From: Candidatus Omnitrophota bacterium | GTDB taxonomy: Bacteria > Omnitrophota > Gorgyraeia > Gygaellales > Profunditerraquicolaceae | Direction: 5' to 3' | DNA length: 64,000 nt | Assembly: GCA_025453445.1 (NCBI GenBank) | Contig: JALOQJ010000001.1 | Coordinates: 9,155 to 73,154, forward strand | Part shown: positions 52,879 to 63,085 of the stretch, in pieces | Layout: every line of letters starts with the position of its first letter | Position numbering within the stretch: position 1 is the stretch's first letter | Notes under the pieces: generated by a model | Told to the model about the DNA's origin: nothing | Databases searched by the model: none | What the model saw: the letters and a program-made list of their open reading frames with translations, nothing else | Position numbers and translations under genes: made by a program

Positions 52879-52988
52879 AAATCAAGACGGTTAATAATGC
52901 TATTTTAGGCATTGGCACAGAAATTATTTATGCCGCTTCAATTATTACTGTTGCTTTTTTAATCTGCTTAATTTTAGCCCTGACTTAA
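52875..52988 (+). CDS. Small single-TM membrane protein (37 aa)
   Basis: MKIKTVNNAILGIGTEIIYAASIITVAFLICLILALT; ATGA overlap with trkA; stops 1 nt before trkH. Confidence 0.65.
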   Translation: MKIKTVNNAILGIGTEIIYAASIITVAFLICLILALT

Positions 52989-52989
52989 A

Positions 52990-54492
52990 ATGATCCTGCG
53001 CCCCAACCTAGTTGACCTGAAAAATATCGGTTATTATTTAGGGAAAATCATTATTGGTTTGGCCCTGACGATGTGTTTACCGTTTTTATTAGGCCTATCC
53101 TGCGGGGAAATTAACCCGGCGCTGGATTTTTTAATCGGCATAGAAGTAGCGTTTATATTTGGCTTGGTTTTATGCAAACTCTGTTACACAGAAAATGATT
53201 TAAGCTGGGCTCAAGGGATGATCGTGGTAAGCCTTGCATGGCTGGCTGCCACGGTGTTAGGCGCAATACCGTTGTATTTAAGCGGCCACTGGCAGTCTTT
53301 TCTCGATGCTGCTTTTGACGCAATGTCCGGTTTTGCTACTACGGGCCTGGCCTTAGTGCAGGATTTGGATCACATGTCCTTCGCGCATAATTTTTGGCGG
53401 CATTTTATTATGTTCATCGGCGGGCAAGGCATTGTTATTGTTGCACTTTCTTTATTTGTCAAGGGTATGTCTGGCGCGTTTAAGATGTACGTAGGCGAGG
53501 CGCGGGATGAGAGGATCATGCCGAATATTATCGATACTTCAAGATTTATTTGGCTGGTAAGTATCACTTTTTTAGTGTTGGGCACATTTGCCTTGGGCAT
53601 TACCGGCGTTTTAAACGGAATGAAACCGGGGAATGCTTTTTTTCACGGCGCCTGCATCTTTATGGCGGCATTTGATACCGGAGGGTTTGCCCCGCAGTCA
53701 CAAAGTATACTTTATTACCACAGCATGGTTTATGAGCTGATTACGGTTGTGATTATGATTTTGGGAGCAATTAATTTTAAATTACATTACCATGTATGGA
53801 TGGGCAACCGTAAAGAAATTTGGAAGAATATTGAAACCACAGTACTTTTTATTGCTGTAACGGTCACTTTGATTATTACCGCGGTCGGTTTGGACAGGGC
53901 AGGAGTATACCCGACGGCAATAATGCTTTTCCGCAAAGGTTTTTATCAGCTTATCTCAGGCCATACCGGTACAGGATTTCAGACAATCTATCCTGCGCAG
54001 TTCGTCAACGAATGGAATCATCTTGCTTTAACCGGCGTAATTTGTGCTATGGCCTTAGGCGGCGCAGTATGTTCTACTACCGGCGCAATTAAAATGCTGC
54101 GCTTGGGGATTACTCTGAAGGCGTTGATAGAAGACATCAAGAGAATTATCTTGCCTGAAAAAGCTATTGTCCTGCAGAAATTCCATCATATTAAGACAAT
54201 TTTTCTTGAGGATAAACAGGCGCGCTCCGCGCTTTTAATCACTCTTTGTTATCTGGTTCTTTACGGATTCGGGGCTTTGGTGGGGATGTTTTTCGGCTAT
54301 CCTTTTGTTGAATCTTTATTTGAATCTACCTCAGCAGCTGCTAATGTCGGATTATCCTGCGGGATAACTGCCGTGGCTATGCCGGCGGCATTGAAATTAA
54401 CTTATATTTTTCAGATGTGGGCAGGCCGTTTGGAATTTATGTCGGTATTTGTTTTGGCAGGGTTTGTTGTAGCAGCGATAAAGGGGAAATAA
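52990..54492 (+). CDS. trkH: Trk K+ uptake permease
   Basis: Four pore loops: SGFATTG, AAFDTGG, SGHTGTG, SAAANVG. Confidence 0.95.
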   Translation: MILRPNLVDLKNIGYYLGKIIIGLALTMCLPFLLGLSCGEINPALDFLIGIEVAFIFGLVLCKLCYTENDLSWAQGMIVVSLAWLAATVLGAIPLYLSGHWQSFLDAAFDAMSGFATTGLALVQDLDHMSFAHNFWRHFIMFIGGQGIVIVALSLFVKGMSGAFKMYVGEARDERIMPNIIDTSRFIWLVSITFLVLGTFALGITGVLNGMKPGNAFFHGACIFMAAFDTGGFAPQSQSILYYHSMVYELITVVIMILGAINFKLHYHVWMGNRKEIWKNIETTVLFIAVTVTLIITAVGLDRAGVYPTAIMLFRKGFYQLISGHTGTGFQTIYPAQFVNEWNHLALTGVICAMALGGAVCSTTGAIKMLRLGITLKALIEDIKRIILPEKAIVLQKFHHIKTIFLEDKQARSALLITLCYLVLYGFGALVGMFFGYPFVESLFESTSAAANVGLSCGITAVAMPAALKLTYIFQMWAGRLEFMSVFVLAGFVVAAIKGK

Positions 54493-54986
54493 TGACAAAA
54501 AAAGTTATAACATTGTTATTTTTGCTATCAGCTATCAGCTATCAGCTATCAGCTTGTTTTGCCCAGCCTATCTCCAGCAGTGAACTGATTAGAAACGCCA
54601 AGTCATACGATGGTAAAATGGTAGTTTATGCAGGCGAAGTAATCGGCGATGTGATGCCGCGCGGCAGGTATGCCTGGATAAATATTAACGACGGGAATAA
54701 TGCCATTGGTATCTGGGTAAGCAGAGCTGTGGCTAAAAGTATTTTTTATACCGGCAGTTACCGAGCTAAGGGCGACGTAGTAGAGGTCAGCGGTATTTTT
54801 CATCGCGCCTGCCCGGAACACGGCGGCGACTTGGATATACACGCTCAGCTATTGCGTAAAGTAACCAGCGGTAGAGTATTGGCGGAACGGATCAATATTG
54901 ATAAAAAGAATTTAGCTATTATATTAGCGGGAATATTATGCATAATCTTGATCTTGCGGCAATTCAAGCCGAAATCGAAAAAGTAA
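54492..54986 (+). CDS. Exported/membrane-anchored OB-fold protein
   Basis: Signal-like N-terminus, YDGK.V.Y.GEVIGD, GD.VEV.GIF, C-terminal TM; TAATG coupling with trkH. Confidence 0.65.
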   Translation: MTKKVITLLFLLSAISYQLSACFAQPISSSELIRNAKSYDGKMVVYAGEVIGDVMPRGRYAWININDGNNAIGIWVSRAVAKSIFYTGSYRAKGDVVEVSGIFHRACPEHGGDLDIHAQLLRKVTSGRVLAERINIDKKNLAIILAGILCIILILRQFKPKSKK

Positions 54987-55948
54987 ATTCTTCTGTTGAG
55001 CTGGAAGAATTGCGCCTTAAATATCTAGGCAGGAAAGGCCTAATTGCTCAGATGATGAGTATTATTCCCGACTTAGCTCCGGAAGAACGCAGCCAAGCAG
55101 GCCAGGAAGCCAACGCCTTAAAAAATCAGATTACAGCTTTCCTGCGGCAGAAAGGATCATCCTTAGCCGGCCCTGAGCCTAAGGCAACAGCTGATGCACT
55201 GGATATTACTATGCCGGGCATTGCCCAGGAACTAGGGCAAATGCATCCGATTACTCAGGTAATCAACGAGATTTGTGATATCTTTATGCGTATGGGGTTT
55301 TCTATCGTCGAAGGCCCGGAAATTGAAACGGAATTTAATAATTTTACCGGTTTAAATATCCCGCTGGATCATCCGTCGCGTGATGCATTCGATACTTTTT
55401 ACTTAAGGGATACAACGAAGTTGTTATTACGCAGCCACACTTCCCCGGTACAAATCCGCGCGATGAAAGAAAAAAAGCCGCCTTTAGCAGTAGTTGTACC
55501 GGGCAGGGTATATCGTCCGGATGCTACTGATGCATCGCATTTGTTTATGTTTCATCAGATCGAAGGTTTTATGGTGGATAAGGGGATAAAGTTTTCTGAT
55601 TTAAAAGGTATGTTGGAAATTTTTGCCAAAAGTGTTTTCGGCCCGGATATTAAAATGCGATTCCGGCCGCACTTTTTTCCATTTACCGAGCCTTCTGCAG
55701 AAGTGGATATTTCCTGCGTTATCTGTCATGGCAAAGGATGTTCTTCCTGCGGCAGAAAAGGGTGGCTGGAAATCTTAGGTTCCGGTATGATTCATCCCAA
55801 TGTGTTTAAACATGTCGGTTATGACCCGAAAAAATATACTGGTTTTGCTTTTGGCATGGGCGTGGAACGCATTGCCATGCTTAAATACGGCATTAATGAT
55901 ATCAGGTTATTCTGTGAGAATGATTTAAGGTTTTTAAAACAATTCTAA
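54938..55948 (+). CDS. pheS: Phenylalanine-tRNA ligase alpha subunit
   Basis: HPSRD..DTFY, LRSHTSPVQ, FPFTEPS, GFAFGMG.ER. Confidence 0.98.
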   Translation: MHNLDLAAIQAEIEKVNSSVELEELRLKYLGRKGLIAQMMSIIPDLAPEERSQAGQEANALKNQITAFLRQKGSSLAGPEPKATADALDITMPGIAQELGQMHPITQVINEICDIFMRMGFSIVEGPEIETEFNNFTGLNIPLDHPSRDAFDTFYLRDTTKLLLRSHTSPVQIRAMKEKKPPLAVVVPGRVYRPDATDASHLFMFHQIEGFMVDKGIKFSDLKGMLEIFAKSVFGPDIKMRFRPHFFPFTEPSAEVDISCVICHGKGCSSCGRKGWLEILGSGMIHPNVFKHVGYDPKKYTGFAFGMGVERIAMLKYGINDIRLFCENDLRFLKQF

Positions 55949-55964
55949 AAACGTATTAACAATT

Positions 55965-56035
55965 GTCATTGCGAGGGCGATAGCCCGAAGCAATCCCGGA
56001 ATTCAGAGATTGCTTCGCCTTCGGCTCGCAATGAC
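55965..56035. repeat. GTCATTGCGAG...CTCGCAATGAC palindromic element (copy 2)
   Basis: Same architecture as 14096-14182. Confidence 0.85.
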
Positions 56036-56045
56036 GGTGGAACAG

Positions 56046-58073
56046 ATGAAATTTACTTATAATTGGCTGAAAGATTTTCTAGATTTAAAAATTTCCGCTG
56101 CTGAGCTGGCTGAAAAACTTACCATGGCCGGCTTGGAAGTAACATCTTTAGAAGAGCGCGCAGGGGATTTTATTTTTGAGGTGGAAATTACTTCCAATCG
56201 CCCTGATTGGCTGAGTGTAATCGGTATAGCCCGGGAAGTAGCAGCGATTACAAATTCAAAACTAAGAACGCAAGGCACAAAATCAAAACTCAAAGTTCAA
56301 AACAAAAGCCAGGCGTTCAAAATAAACATTGAGGATAAAAAAGATTGCCCGTTATATACGCTAAAAATTATTCAAGGCGTCAATGTCGGGCCATCTCCGG
56401 ATTGGCTGAAAAATAGGCTGGAATTAATCGGCTGCCGCAGCGTCAACAATATAGTGGATATTACCAATTATGTTTTGTTTGAAACCGGCGAGCCATTGCA
56501 TGCTTTTGATCTGGATAAATTGGCTCCCGGTGCAATCAGCGTCAGGCGGGCAAAGAAGGATGAGAAACTTACAACTATAGATGCAGCGCAAAGAGTGCTG
56601 AATCAGGAAATTCTAGTGATTGCTGACGGGCAAAAAGCGCTGGCAGCTGCCGGGATTATGGGCGGCAAAGGCAGCGAAGTAAGCTACGCTACAAAAAATA
56701 TTCTTTTAGAGGCGGCGATTTTTCATCCGGTGGTTATCCGCAGGGCAAGGCAGATGCTCGGGCTGCAGACTGATTCGTCATACCGCTTTGAGAGAGGAAT
56801 TGACGCCGAAACTGTCCGCAGTGCTTCTTTACGGGCTACACAGCTGATTACAGAATTATCCGGAGGGAAATGTGTTAGCGCGATAGAATCAGGCAGTGCG
56901 AAAATCAGCAAAAAAACCGTCTCTTTTGATATGCAGAGAATGAATAAGTTTTTAGGTTCAAAAATTCCTGCGGTAAAAATAAAAAATATTTTATCGCATC
57001 TTGGGTTTCAGATACGCTCAAAAAGTCAATATGTTTTAACGGCTGTTGTTCCTCCTTGGCGGGCAGATGTGAGCCTGGAAGTCGATTTAATCGAGGAGGT
57101 ATCGCGCATTTTTGGCTACGAACATATACCGTCCAGTTTGCCTGAGGTAAAGCCGCAAGTAAATATCAATACCCCGCGGGATTTGGTTGTTTTAATAAAA
57201 AATACACTGGTTAGCCTCGGACTGAATGAGGTGATTACTTACAGCCTGATAGACCGCGATTGGCTGAAAGATTTTAATTTATCCGTAGTGCAGCCGGTAG
57301 AAGTCCAGAATCCTTTGAGCAAAGAGCAGGAAATTTTACGGCCTAGTATTGTGCCTTCTTTGGCGCGGGTAGTAGCATTTAATTTAAACCGCAAACAAAA
57401 TTATCTGAATATTTTTGAAGTAAGCAAGGTATTTTGCGCTGGCAAGCCGGACCCTAACGAAGATTTGGTTTTAGGTATTGCTCTTTGCGGAGAAAAAGCA
57501 ATGCTTTTAAATCAGGGGATGGTCAGAGAAGAATTAAATCTCCTGCATTTGAAAGGAATAATCGAAAGTGTCTTAAAAGGGTTAGGCATTTCAGGATATA
57601 GCTTTAATCTGGGCAGCGGGCACACCATTATTTTGGAAAAAGATAATCAACAGCTAGGTACATTGGGGCAATTACCGCCGCGGGTATTAGGGAATTTAGA
57701 TATAAAAAATAAAGAAGTAGTAGCTGCGGAAATTAATCTTAAGAAAATTTTTCCATTGGTAAACTTGCACAAAAAATTTATCAGCCTGCCAACATATCCG
57801 GGGATTACCCGGGATATCAGCCTGTTGCTGAAAAACGGAATTAAAATCGAGGATGTTTTATGCGCAATCCGCAAGCAGGCAGAGCCGTTGTTGAAAGAAG
57901 CAGCTGTGGTGGATTTTTATAAAGGGAAACAAATTCCTTCCGGCCATAAAGGCCTGACGATTTCTTGCCTTTATCGTTCAGATACACGCACGCTTACTGA
58001 AGAAGAAGTAAATCCGTTACATGCCGCGATTTTAGCGGTTTTGCAGGAAAAATTCAACGCGCAGTTGAGATAA
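56046..58073 (+). CDS. pheT: Phenylalanine-tRNA ligase beta subunit (short form without B2 OB domain)
   Basis: MKFTYNWL, EITSNRPD, VDITNY, RFERG, DLIEEV.R..GY, C-terminal FDX-ACB. Confidence 0.96.
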   Translation: MKFTYNWLKDFLDLKISAAELAEKLTMAGLEVTSLEERAGDFIFEVEITSNRPDWLSVIGIAREVAAITNSKLRTQGTKSKLKVQNKSQAFKINIEDKKDCPLYTLKIIQGVNVGPSPDWLKNRLELIGCRSVNNIVDITNYVLFETGEPLHAFDLDKLAPGAISVRRAKKDEKLTTIDAAQRVLNQEILVIADGQKALAAAGIMGGKGSEVSYATKNILLEAAIFHPVVIRRARQMLGLQTDSSYRFERGIDAETVRSASLRATQLITELSGGKCVSAIESGSAKISKKTVSFDMQRMNKFLGSKIPAVKIKNILSHLGFQIRSKSQYVLTAVVPPWRADVSLEVDLIEEVSRIFGYEHIPSSLPEVKPQVNINTPRDLVVLIKNTLVSLGLNEVITYSLIDRDWLKDFNLSVVQPVEVQNPLSKEQEILRPSIVPSLARVVAFNLNRKQNYLNIFEVSKVFCAGKPDPNEDLVLGIALCGEKAMLLNQGMVREELNLLHLKGIIESVLKGLGISGYSFNLGSGHTIILEKDNQQLGTLGQLPPRVLGNLDIKNKEVVAAEINLKKIFPLVNLHKKFISLPTYPGITRDISLLLKNGIKIEDVLCAIRKQAEPLLKEAAVVDFYKGKQIPSGHKGLTISCLYRSDTRTLTEEEVNPLHAAILAVLQEKFNAQLR

Positions 58074-58097
58074 TTTTGCTCGTGCGCCTAACCGGCA

Positions 58098-58125
58098 TTG
58101 ACTTCTCTTGAAAATGTGTTATACT
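58098..58125 (+). promoter_or_regulatory. Sigma70 promoter for 6S RNA/rarA
   Basis: TTGACT-16 nt-TATACT with extended TG. Confidence 0.65.
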
Positions 58126-58155
58126 TTTTTTGTAAAGAGACAGTTATTTGATATA

Positions 58156-58316
58156 AATTCCCTGCAGTGCCCGTTAGGAAATAGATGATTGGTGATCCAA
58201 CACCAAAATCAAGGGGGTCACATGCTTCTTTAGCGCTTCGGCTCTAGAGAGACGACTCCCACCTGAATCCAAGTAGGTTCAGCCAATCATGTCCAACGGC
58301 ACAGGCGGGGATTTTT
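58156..58316 (+). ncRNA. ssrS: 6S RNA (SsrS)
   Basis: Long rod: CCCTGC/GCGGGG, GTGCC-CGTT/AACGGCAC and ATGATTGG/CCAATCAT stems, central bubble with TGAA..GTTCA; pheT-rarA context. Confidence 0.75.
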
Positions 58317-58333
58317 TTTAATGAGCGCATAAC

Positions 58334-59656
58334 ATGCCCAATCCTACCGACTTATTTCATGAATCCAAACCAGAGAATATCAAAGATCTGCCTCTTGCTG
58401 TGCGTATGCGGCCAAGCTCGCTCGATGATTTTATCGGCCAAGAGCATATTATCGGGAAAAATAAATTACTCCGCCGGGCAATCGAAGCAGACAGGGTAAG
58501 TTCATTAATTTTATTCGGCCCTCCGGGAGTAGGTAAAACTTCTCTTGCTTGGTGTATTGCCAATGTCACCAAGGCCAATTATGCTGCTATTAACGCTACG
58601 ACCTCTAATGTTGAAGAGCTGAGAAAAGCTATTCAGCGTGCCAAACAAATCAAAGCCAATTCCGGCAAGAAAACAATTCTTTTTATCGACGAGATTCACC
58701 GTTTCAACAAAGCTCAGCAGGATGTTTTATTGCCTGATGTAGAAGAAGGAAATCCTATTCTTATCGGAGCAACTGTGCATAATCCATTTTTTTCACTCGC
58801 TGCTCCGCTTTTATCGCGATCGCTAGTCTGTGAATTAAAAACTTTAAAAGAAAAAGAAGTGCTATCAATATTGAATGCTGCTTTAAAAGATAAAACCAGG
58901 GGCCTGGGAAATCTGGATATCAAAGCAGAAAAAAAGGCTTTGGAATTTTTGGCAAAAATCTGCGAAGGGGATGCCCGCCGGGCGCTGAATGCATTGGAAG
59001 TGGGAGCCTTAACTACCCCGCCGCAAAAAGACGGGACAATTAAATTTGATTTAGAAGTAGCTGCCGAGTCAATCCAGAAAAAACCCGTGATCTATGATCA
59101 CGACGAAGACGGCCATTATGATACTGCTTCGGCATTTATAAAATCTATGCGCGGCTCTGATCCTGATGCTGCAATATATTGGATGGCAAAGATGCTTTAT
59201 GCCGGTGAGGATCCGCGTTTTATTGCCCGCAGGATTTGTATTCTGGCAGCAGAGGATGTGGGCAATGCTGATCCTTTGGCAATAGTTTTAGCTAATGCTG
59301 CATTGCAGATTTCTGAATTTGTCGGCATGCCTGAGGCGCGTATTCCGCTGGCACAGGCATGTATTTATGTATCTTGTGCGCCCAAGTCTAATGCCAGTTA
59401 TCTGGCAATTGATAAAGCTTTGCAGGATATTGAAAGTAATAAAGTGCAGGAAGTGCCGGATCATTTGAAAGACGGTACTCTGGACGGAGATGTTCTTGGC
59501 CACGGGAAAGATTATAAATATGCCCATGATTTTCCCGGCCACCACGTCAAGCAAAAATATACCCGTAAAAAAGTCCGCTACTATGAACCCACTGACATTG
59601 GCCACGAAGCGAAAATCAAACAAAGATTAGAGCAGTTGCGAAATAGCGAAGAATAA
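58334..59656 (+). CDS. rarA: Replication-associated recombination protein A
   Basis: PLAVRMRP, GPPGVGKT, DEIHRFNKAQQD, SAFIKSMRGSDPDAA. Confidence 0.97.
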   Translation: MPNPTDLFHESKPENIKDLPLAVRMRPSSLDDFIGQEHIIGKNKLLRRAIEADRVSSLILFGPPGVGKTSLAWCIANVTKANYAAINATTSNVEELRKAIQRAKQIKANSGKKTILFIDEIHRFNKAQQDVLLPDVEEGNPILIGATVHNPFFSLAAPLLSRSLVCELKTLKEKEVLSILNAALKDKTRGLGNLDIKAEKKALEFLAKICEGDARRALNALEVGALTTPPQKDGTIKFDLEVAAESIQKKPVIYDHDEDGHYDTASAFIKSMRGSDPDAAIYWMAKMLYAGEDPRFIARRICILAAEDVGNADPLAIVLANAALQISEFVGMPEARIPLAQACIYVSCAPKSNASYLAIDKALQDIESNKVQEVPDHLKDGTLDGDVLGHGKDYKYAHDFPGHHVKQKYTRKKVRYYEPTDIGHEAKIKQRLEQLRNSEE

Positions 59657-59866
59657 ACAGTTCCGCGTGTGTCTTGTCTGTATTTTTGCGGGAACGTTTG
59701 CCCCGCCCCAGCGTGGCGGGGCTGCACTTCGTTCCAGCCCCTCGCTCTCTCGCAGCCGGGCCCTGAATAAAATCGTTTTTAATAATTTGGAGCCGGCTGC
59801 TCGAACCGTGCCCGCTCGGGGCTTTCAAGATCCCGCAAAAACACAGCCAAGCCACCCGCTAAAACT
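59657..59866 (+). repeat. Left ~210-bp imperfect inverted repeat
   Basis: Collinear with the reverse complement of 63086-63295, e.g. CCCTCGCTCTCYCGCAGCCGGGC at 22/23 and GGAGCCGGCTGC at 12/12. Confidence 0.85.
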
Positions 59867-59930
59867 CTCCTGCTCGCAACAGCCACTCGCTCAAATGTAG
59901 TATATATTAATAAAGTAAGAAAAATAATAC

Positions 59931-59959
59931 TTGACGTACCTTTTTACATATGGTATACT
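59931..59959 (+). promoter_or_regulatory. Sigma70 promoter of the TA-ATPase operon
   Basis: TTGACG-17 nt-TATACT with extended TG. Confidence 0.75.
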
Positions 59960-59983
59960 TATTTTAGAAAGGGGGAAATAGAT

Positions 59984-60220
59984 ATGACGACGACAATTGT
60001 AACTACAAAAGGACAGATTGTGATACCCTCAAAGATCCGCCGAAGGCTCAATATCAAAAAAGGCACAAAATTATATATTGAGGAAAGAGGGGATGAGTTG
60101 ATTCTAAAGGCAGTTACTCCTGCTTATTTCGAGAAGATAGCAGGTGTTCTACAGACCAAAGGAAAATTATCCAAAGCGCTGGTTGAAGAGCGCACCAGGG
60201 AAAAAGAAAGAGAGGCTTAA
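59984..60220 (+). CDS. AbrB/MazE/SpoVT-family antitoxin
   Basis: VTTKGQIVIPSKIRRRLNIKKG. Confidence 0.92.
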   Translation: MTTTIVTTKGQIVIPSKIRRRLNIKKGTKLYIEERGDELILKAVTPAYFEKIAGVLQTKGKLSKALVEERTREKEREA

Positions 60221-60223
60221 TCT

Positions 60224-60622
60224 ATGACAAGGATTATTGATGCTCATGGCCTCTTAGTTTTCTTGGAAAAAGAGGCTGGTTACGAAAAGGTGGAGCAATA
60301 TTTTATTTCTGCAACAGAGAAAGAGAAACAATTATTAATGGCTTCTGTGAATTTTGGAGAAGTATATTATATTGTCTTACGTGAATGTGGCCAAGAGAAA
60401 GCCCATGAAATAGAAAAAATAATCAGGACTTTACCTATCGCCATAGTTGATGTAGATATGCAGCTTGCTAGAGAAGCCGCTCGTTTTAAAGCCAGTCACA
60501 AAATATCATATGCTGACTGTTTTGCCGCCGCCTTAGCAAAGCTGCACAAAGGCGAAGTTATAACAGGAGATAAAGAGTTTAAAACAATAGAACAAGAGGT
60601 AAAAATCGCATGGATAGCCTAG
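60224..60622 (+). CDS. vapC: VapC PIN-domain toxin
   Basis: IIDA, NFGEV.Y, SYADCFAAALA, ITGDKEF. Confidence 0.92.
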   Translation: MTRIIDAHGLLVFLEKEAGYEKVEQYFISATEKEKQLLMASVNFGEVYYIVLRECGQEKAHEIEKIIRTLPIAIVDVDMQLAREAARFKASHKISYADCFAAALAKLHKGEVITGDKEFKTIEQEVKIAWIA

Positions 60623-62970
60623 AGCTTCTAACCGAATTGATAAAAGCAGAGGATGAAAAAGCAGTAGATAAAATAATCTCAAACCATTCTATTCTATCGA
60701 AAGATGAAAACTGGAAACCATACGGTGGCTTTAGAGGAAATTTTAGCCAGATTCACAATCAGCAAGGAAACGCAATTCCAGCCTTAGTTGAAAAGCCGAT
60801 AAATTCAATCGATGCATTATTGTTGAAACATTGCAAATTGAAAGGTATAGATCCTGAAAGTGACAGGGCCCCGAAATCCATTGACGAAGCGATAGAACAG
60901 TTTTACGGAATAAAAAAAGATTTATTATCGGAATTACCGGAAAGTAAACGAAGAGAAGTTGCCGAATCGATTCAAATCATAGCCACCGGAAGCAGGAATC
61001 AGCCGAATGTTTGTATATATGACGATGGAGAAGGACAACACCCCACAGATTTTGAAAATACATTTCTTTCATTGAATAAAGATAATAAATTGAAGATTAA
61101 ATTTGTTCAGGGTAAATACAATATGGGTAGTACTGGCGCCATCCCCAACTGTGGAGAGAAGAAATATCAACTTATCATCTCGCGCAAACATCCACAATTA
61201 CTTAACGGGAAAGAAGACATGTATGGGTTTGCTTTGGTTAGGCTTCACAAAGCTATAGGAGTAGATGTCTACAAAAATTCCTGGTACGAATATTGCGTTG
61301 ATAAGGATGGGAAAATTTTCTGTTTTATGACTAAAGAACTAGACGTCGGACTTTTTAAACGAAAATATATTTCAGGTACCTTTATAAAATTGTTTAATTA
61401 TGATTTACCTCGACCATCCGACATTACCCTAGACCTTTGGCGAGATTTAAATAGGTATTTATATGCTCCGGCATTACCCATTCTTCTATATGAAAAGAGA
61501 TTTGAAGAAAGGGGCAAGGGTAGAACGCCAACAAAACCTATGTTAGGGAATAGGATGAGGATAATGATTGATGATAGGGATTTAAAAGAGAAAACATTCT
61601 CTCTTTCTGTGAATACATCCGGCATTAAATCGTCAGGGGAAGTTACGGTTTTTAAGAATAATGTTGATAAGGGAGAATTTGTAGATAAATTAGCGGTTAT
61701 TTTCACAGTTAACGGTCAGGTGCACGATCATTTGACAAATGCATTTATAACCCATACTGCAAAACTACCCTATCTTAGCGGTTCTCTCTTGGTCAATTTT
61801 GATTGTTCAAGTATCCCGACTTCAATTAGAGAAGAGATTTTTATGGCTTCTCGGGACAGGATGAGAGATAACACTATTACAAGAAACTTGAAAGAAGAAA
61901 TCGCAAGGGAGTTAAGAGATAATGATTTTCTCCGACAACTAAACGAACGTCGTCGCGATGAAAAAATATTTCAGAACCCCAAAGATGACAATTTTATGAA
62001 ACGAGTGATGGGAAAGCTGTTAAATCAAAATGACGAAATCGCAAAAATATTAGGCTTGAAGGGCGATATCCGTGAAAGAATCAAGAAAATGTTAAAGACG
62101 GAGGTAAAAAATGGGGTATCGAGCTTTAAGGGGAGCCGGTACCCTTCTTACGTGAGGTTTAAGAATATAGGTGATGGGAATATAAAAATGATGCCCCAAA
62201 ATGGGGAATGCAAATTAGTTTTAGAGACCGATGTCGAAGATGAGTATCTTATAAGGTCAAATGATGCCGGGGAATTAAAAATTCAATTTTTGACTTCTGC
62301 TATTAGAGTTGGGGGCAGTTCTATTAAAAATCATGTTGCGCCAGATGTGGATATTTTTGATGTCAATGTGGTCGGGCCAAACCAAGGGGAGATAAAAATC
62401 CGTATAAAATCTAAGAAACAATTGCCTGTCGGTAGCGAAATTCCATTAGATATTACCATGACTTCCCCATCAGGCGATATTATTTTAAATGCAATTATAA
62501 AATTACTTAATCCAAATGAAGAAACTAAACAACACCAGATAGAAACAAAGGATTCTTATTCTTTACCTAAGTTAATTGAGGTGTACCGCGAGAAGAAAGA
62601 AGCCAATGTTAATGCTCCCTGCTGGACGGATCCAGATTACAACTGGACAGGTGATGATGTCTGCAAAATATTTCCATCGGGAGAAAAAGACCATTTAGTA
62701 GATGCTGTAGCAATAAATATGGATGCCTATGTTATACATGATTATATGCGACAAAAAAAATTAACAGATACGAATATCGAGCATCTAAAGAGACTCTTTA
62801 AGGTTTCTATTTACTTGATTTCCTTAATATTGTATTTTGAGTTATCTCAAAGAGAAGACGTAGAAGAAAAAGAAGAAATGGTATCTTTTTTGATGAAAGG
62901 CGTCGGCAAGATCGCCTTACAAATTGTCATTAATGATGAAATTTTAAAAGAAATAGATAAAGACGAATAA
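60610..62970 (+). CDS. Large GHKL (MORC/Hsp90-like) ATPase-domain protein
   Basis: Bergerat motifs LVEKPINSIDA, YDDGEGQ, QGKYNMGSTG, SGTFI; AT-rich; C-terminal half not recognised. Confidence 0.7.
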   Translation: MDSLELLTELIKAEDEKAVDKIISNHSILSKDENWKPYGGFRGNFSQIHNQQGNAIPALVEKPINSIDALLLKHCKLKGIDPESDRAPKSIDEAIEQFYGIKKDLLSELPESKRREVAESIQIIATGSRNQPNVCIYDDGEGQHPTDFENTFLSLNKDNKLKIKFVQGKYNMGSTGAIPNCGEKKYQLIISRKHPQLLNGKEDMYGFALVRLHKAIGVDVYKNSWYEYCVDKDGKIFCFMTKELDVGLFKRKYISGTFIKLFNYDLPRPSDITLDLWRDLNRYLYAPALPILLYEKRFEERGKGRTPTKPMLGNRMRIMIDDRDLKEKTFSLSVNTSGIKSSGEVTVFKNNVDKGEFVDKLAVIFTVNGQVHDHLTNAFITHTAKLPYLSGSLLVNFDCSSIPTSIREEIFMASRDRMRDNTITRNLKEEIARELRDNDFLRQLNERRRDEKIFQNPKDDNFMKRVMGKLLNQNDEIAKILGLKGDIRERIKKMLKTEVKNGVSSFKGSRYPSYVRFKNIGDGNIKMMPQNGECKLVLETDVEDEYLIRSNDAGELKIQFLTSAIRVGGSSIKNHVAPDVDIFDVNVVGPNQGEIKIRIKSKKQLPVGSEIPLDITMTSPSGDIILNAIIKLLNPNEETKQHQIETKDSYSLPKLIEVYREKKEANVNAPCWTDPDYNWTGDDVCKIFPSGEKDHLVDAVAINMDAYVIHDYMRQKKLTDTNIEHLKRLFKVSIYLISLILYFELSQREDVEEKEEMVSFLMKGVGKIALQIVINDEILKEIDKDE

Positions 62971-62983
62971 ACTAGACGATTAA

Positions 62984-63025
62984 AATAGGGGACGATTTAT
63001 TTTTCATATAAAACGTTCCCTATTT
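62984..63025. terminator. Hairpin after the GHKL gene
   Basis: AAATAGGGGACG...CGTTCCCTATTT. Confidence 0.5.
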
Positions 63026-63085
63026 TGTTGTCGACTGTCGGAGCGGGTGACGAGGCGGAATTCACTATTTTCCTCTCTGTTGTTT

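Noticed and set aside
59616-59900. Short ORFs 59616-59855, 59667-59900 and 63142-63324
   Set aside because: They lie inside the GC-rich inverted repeats and frames are not shared between copies
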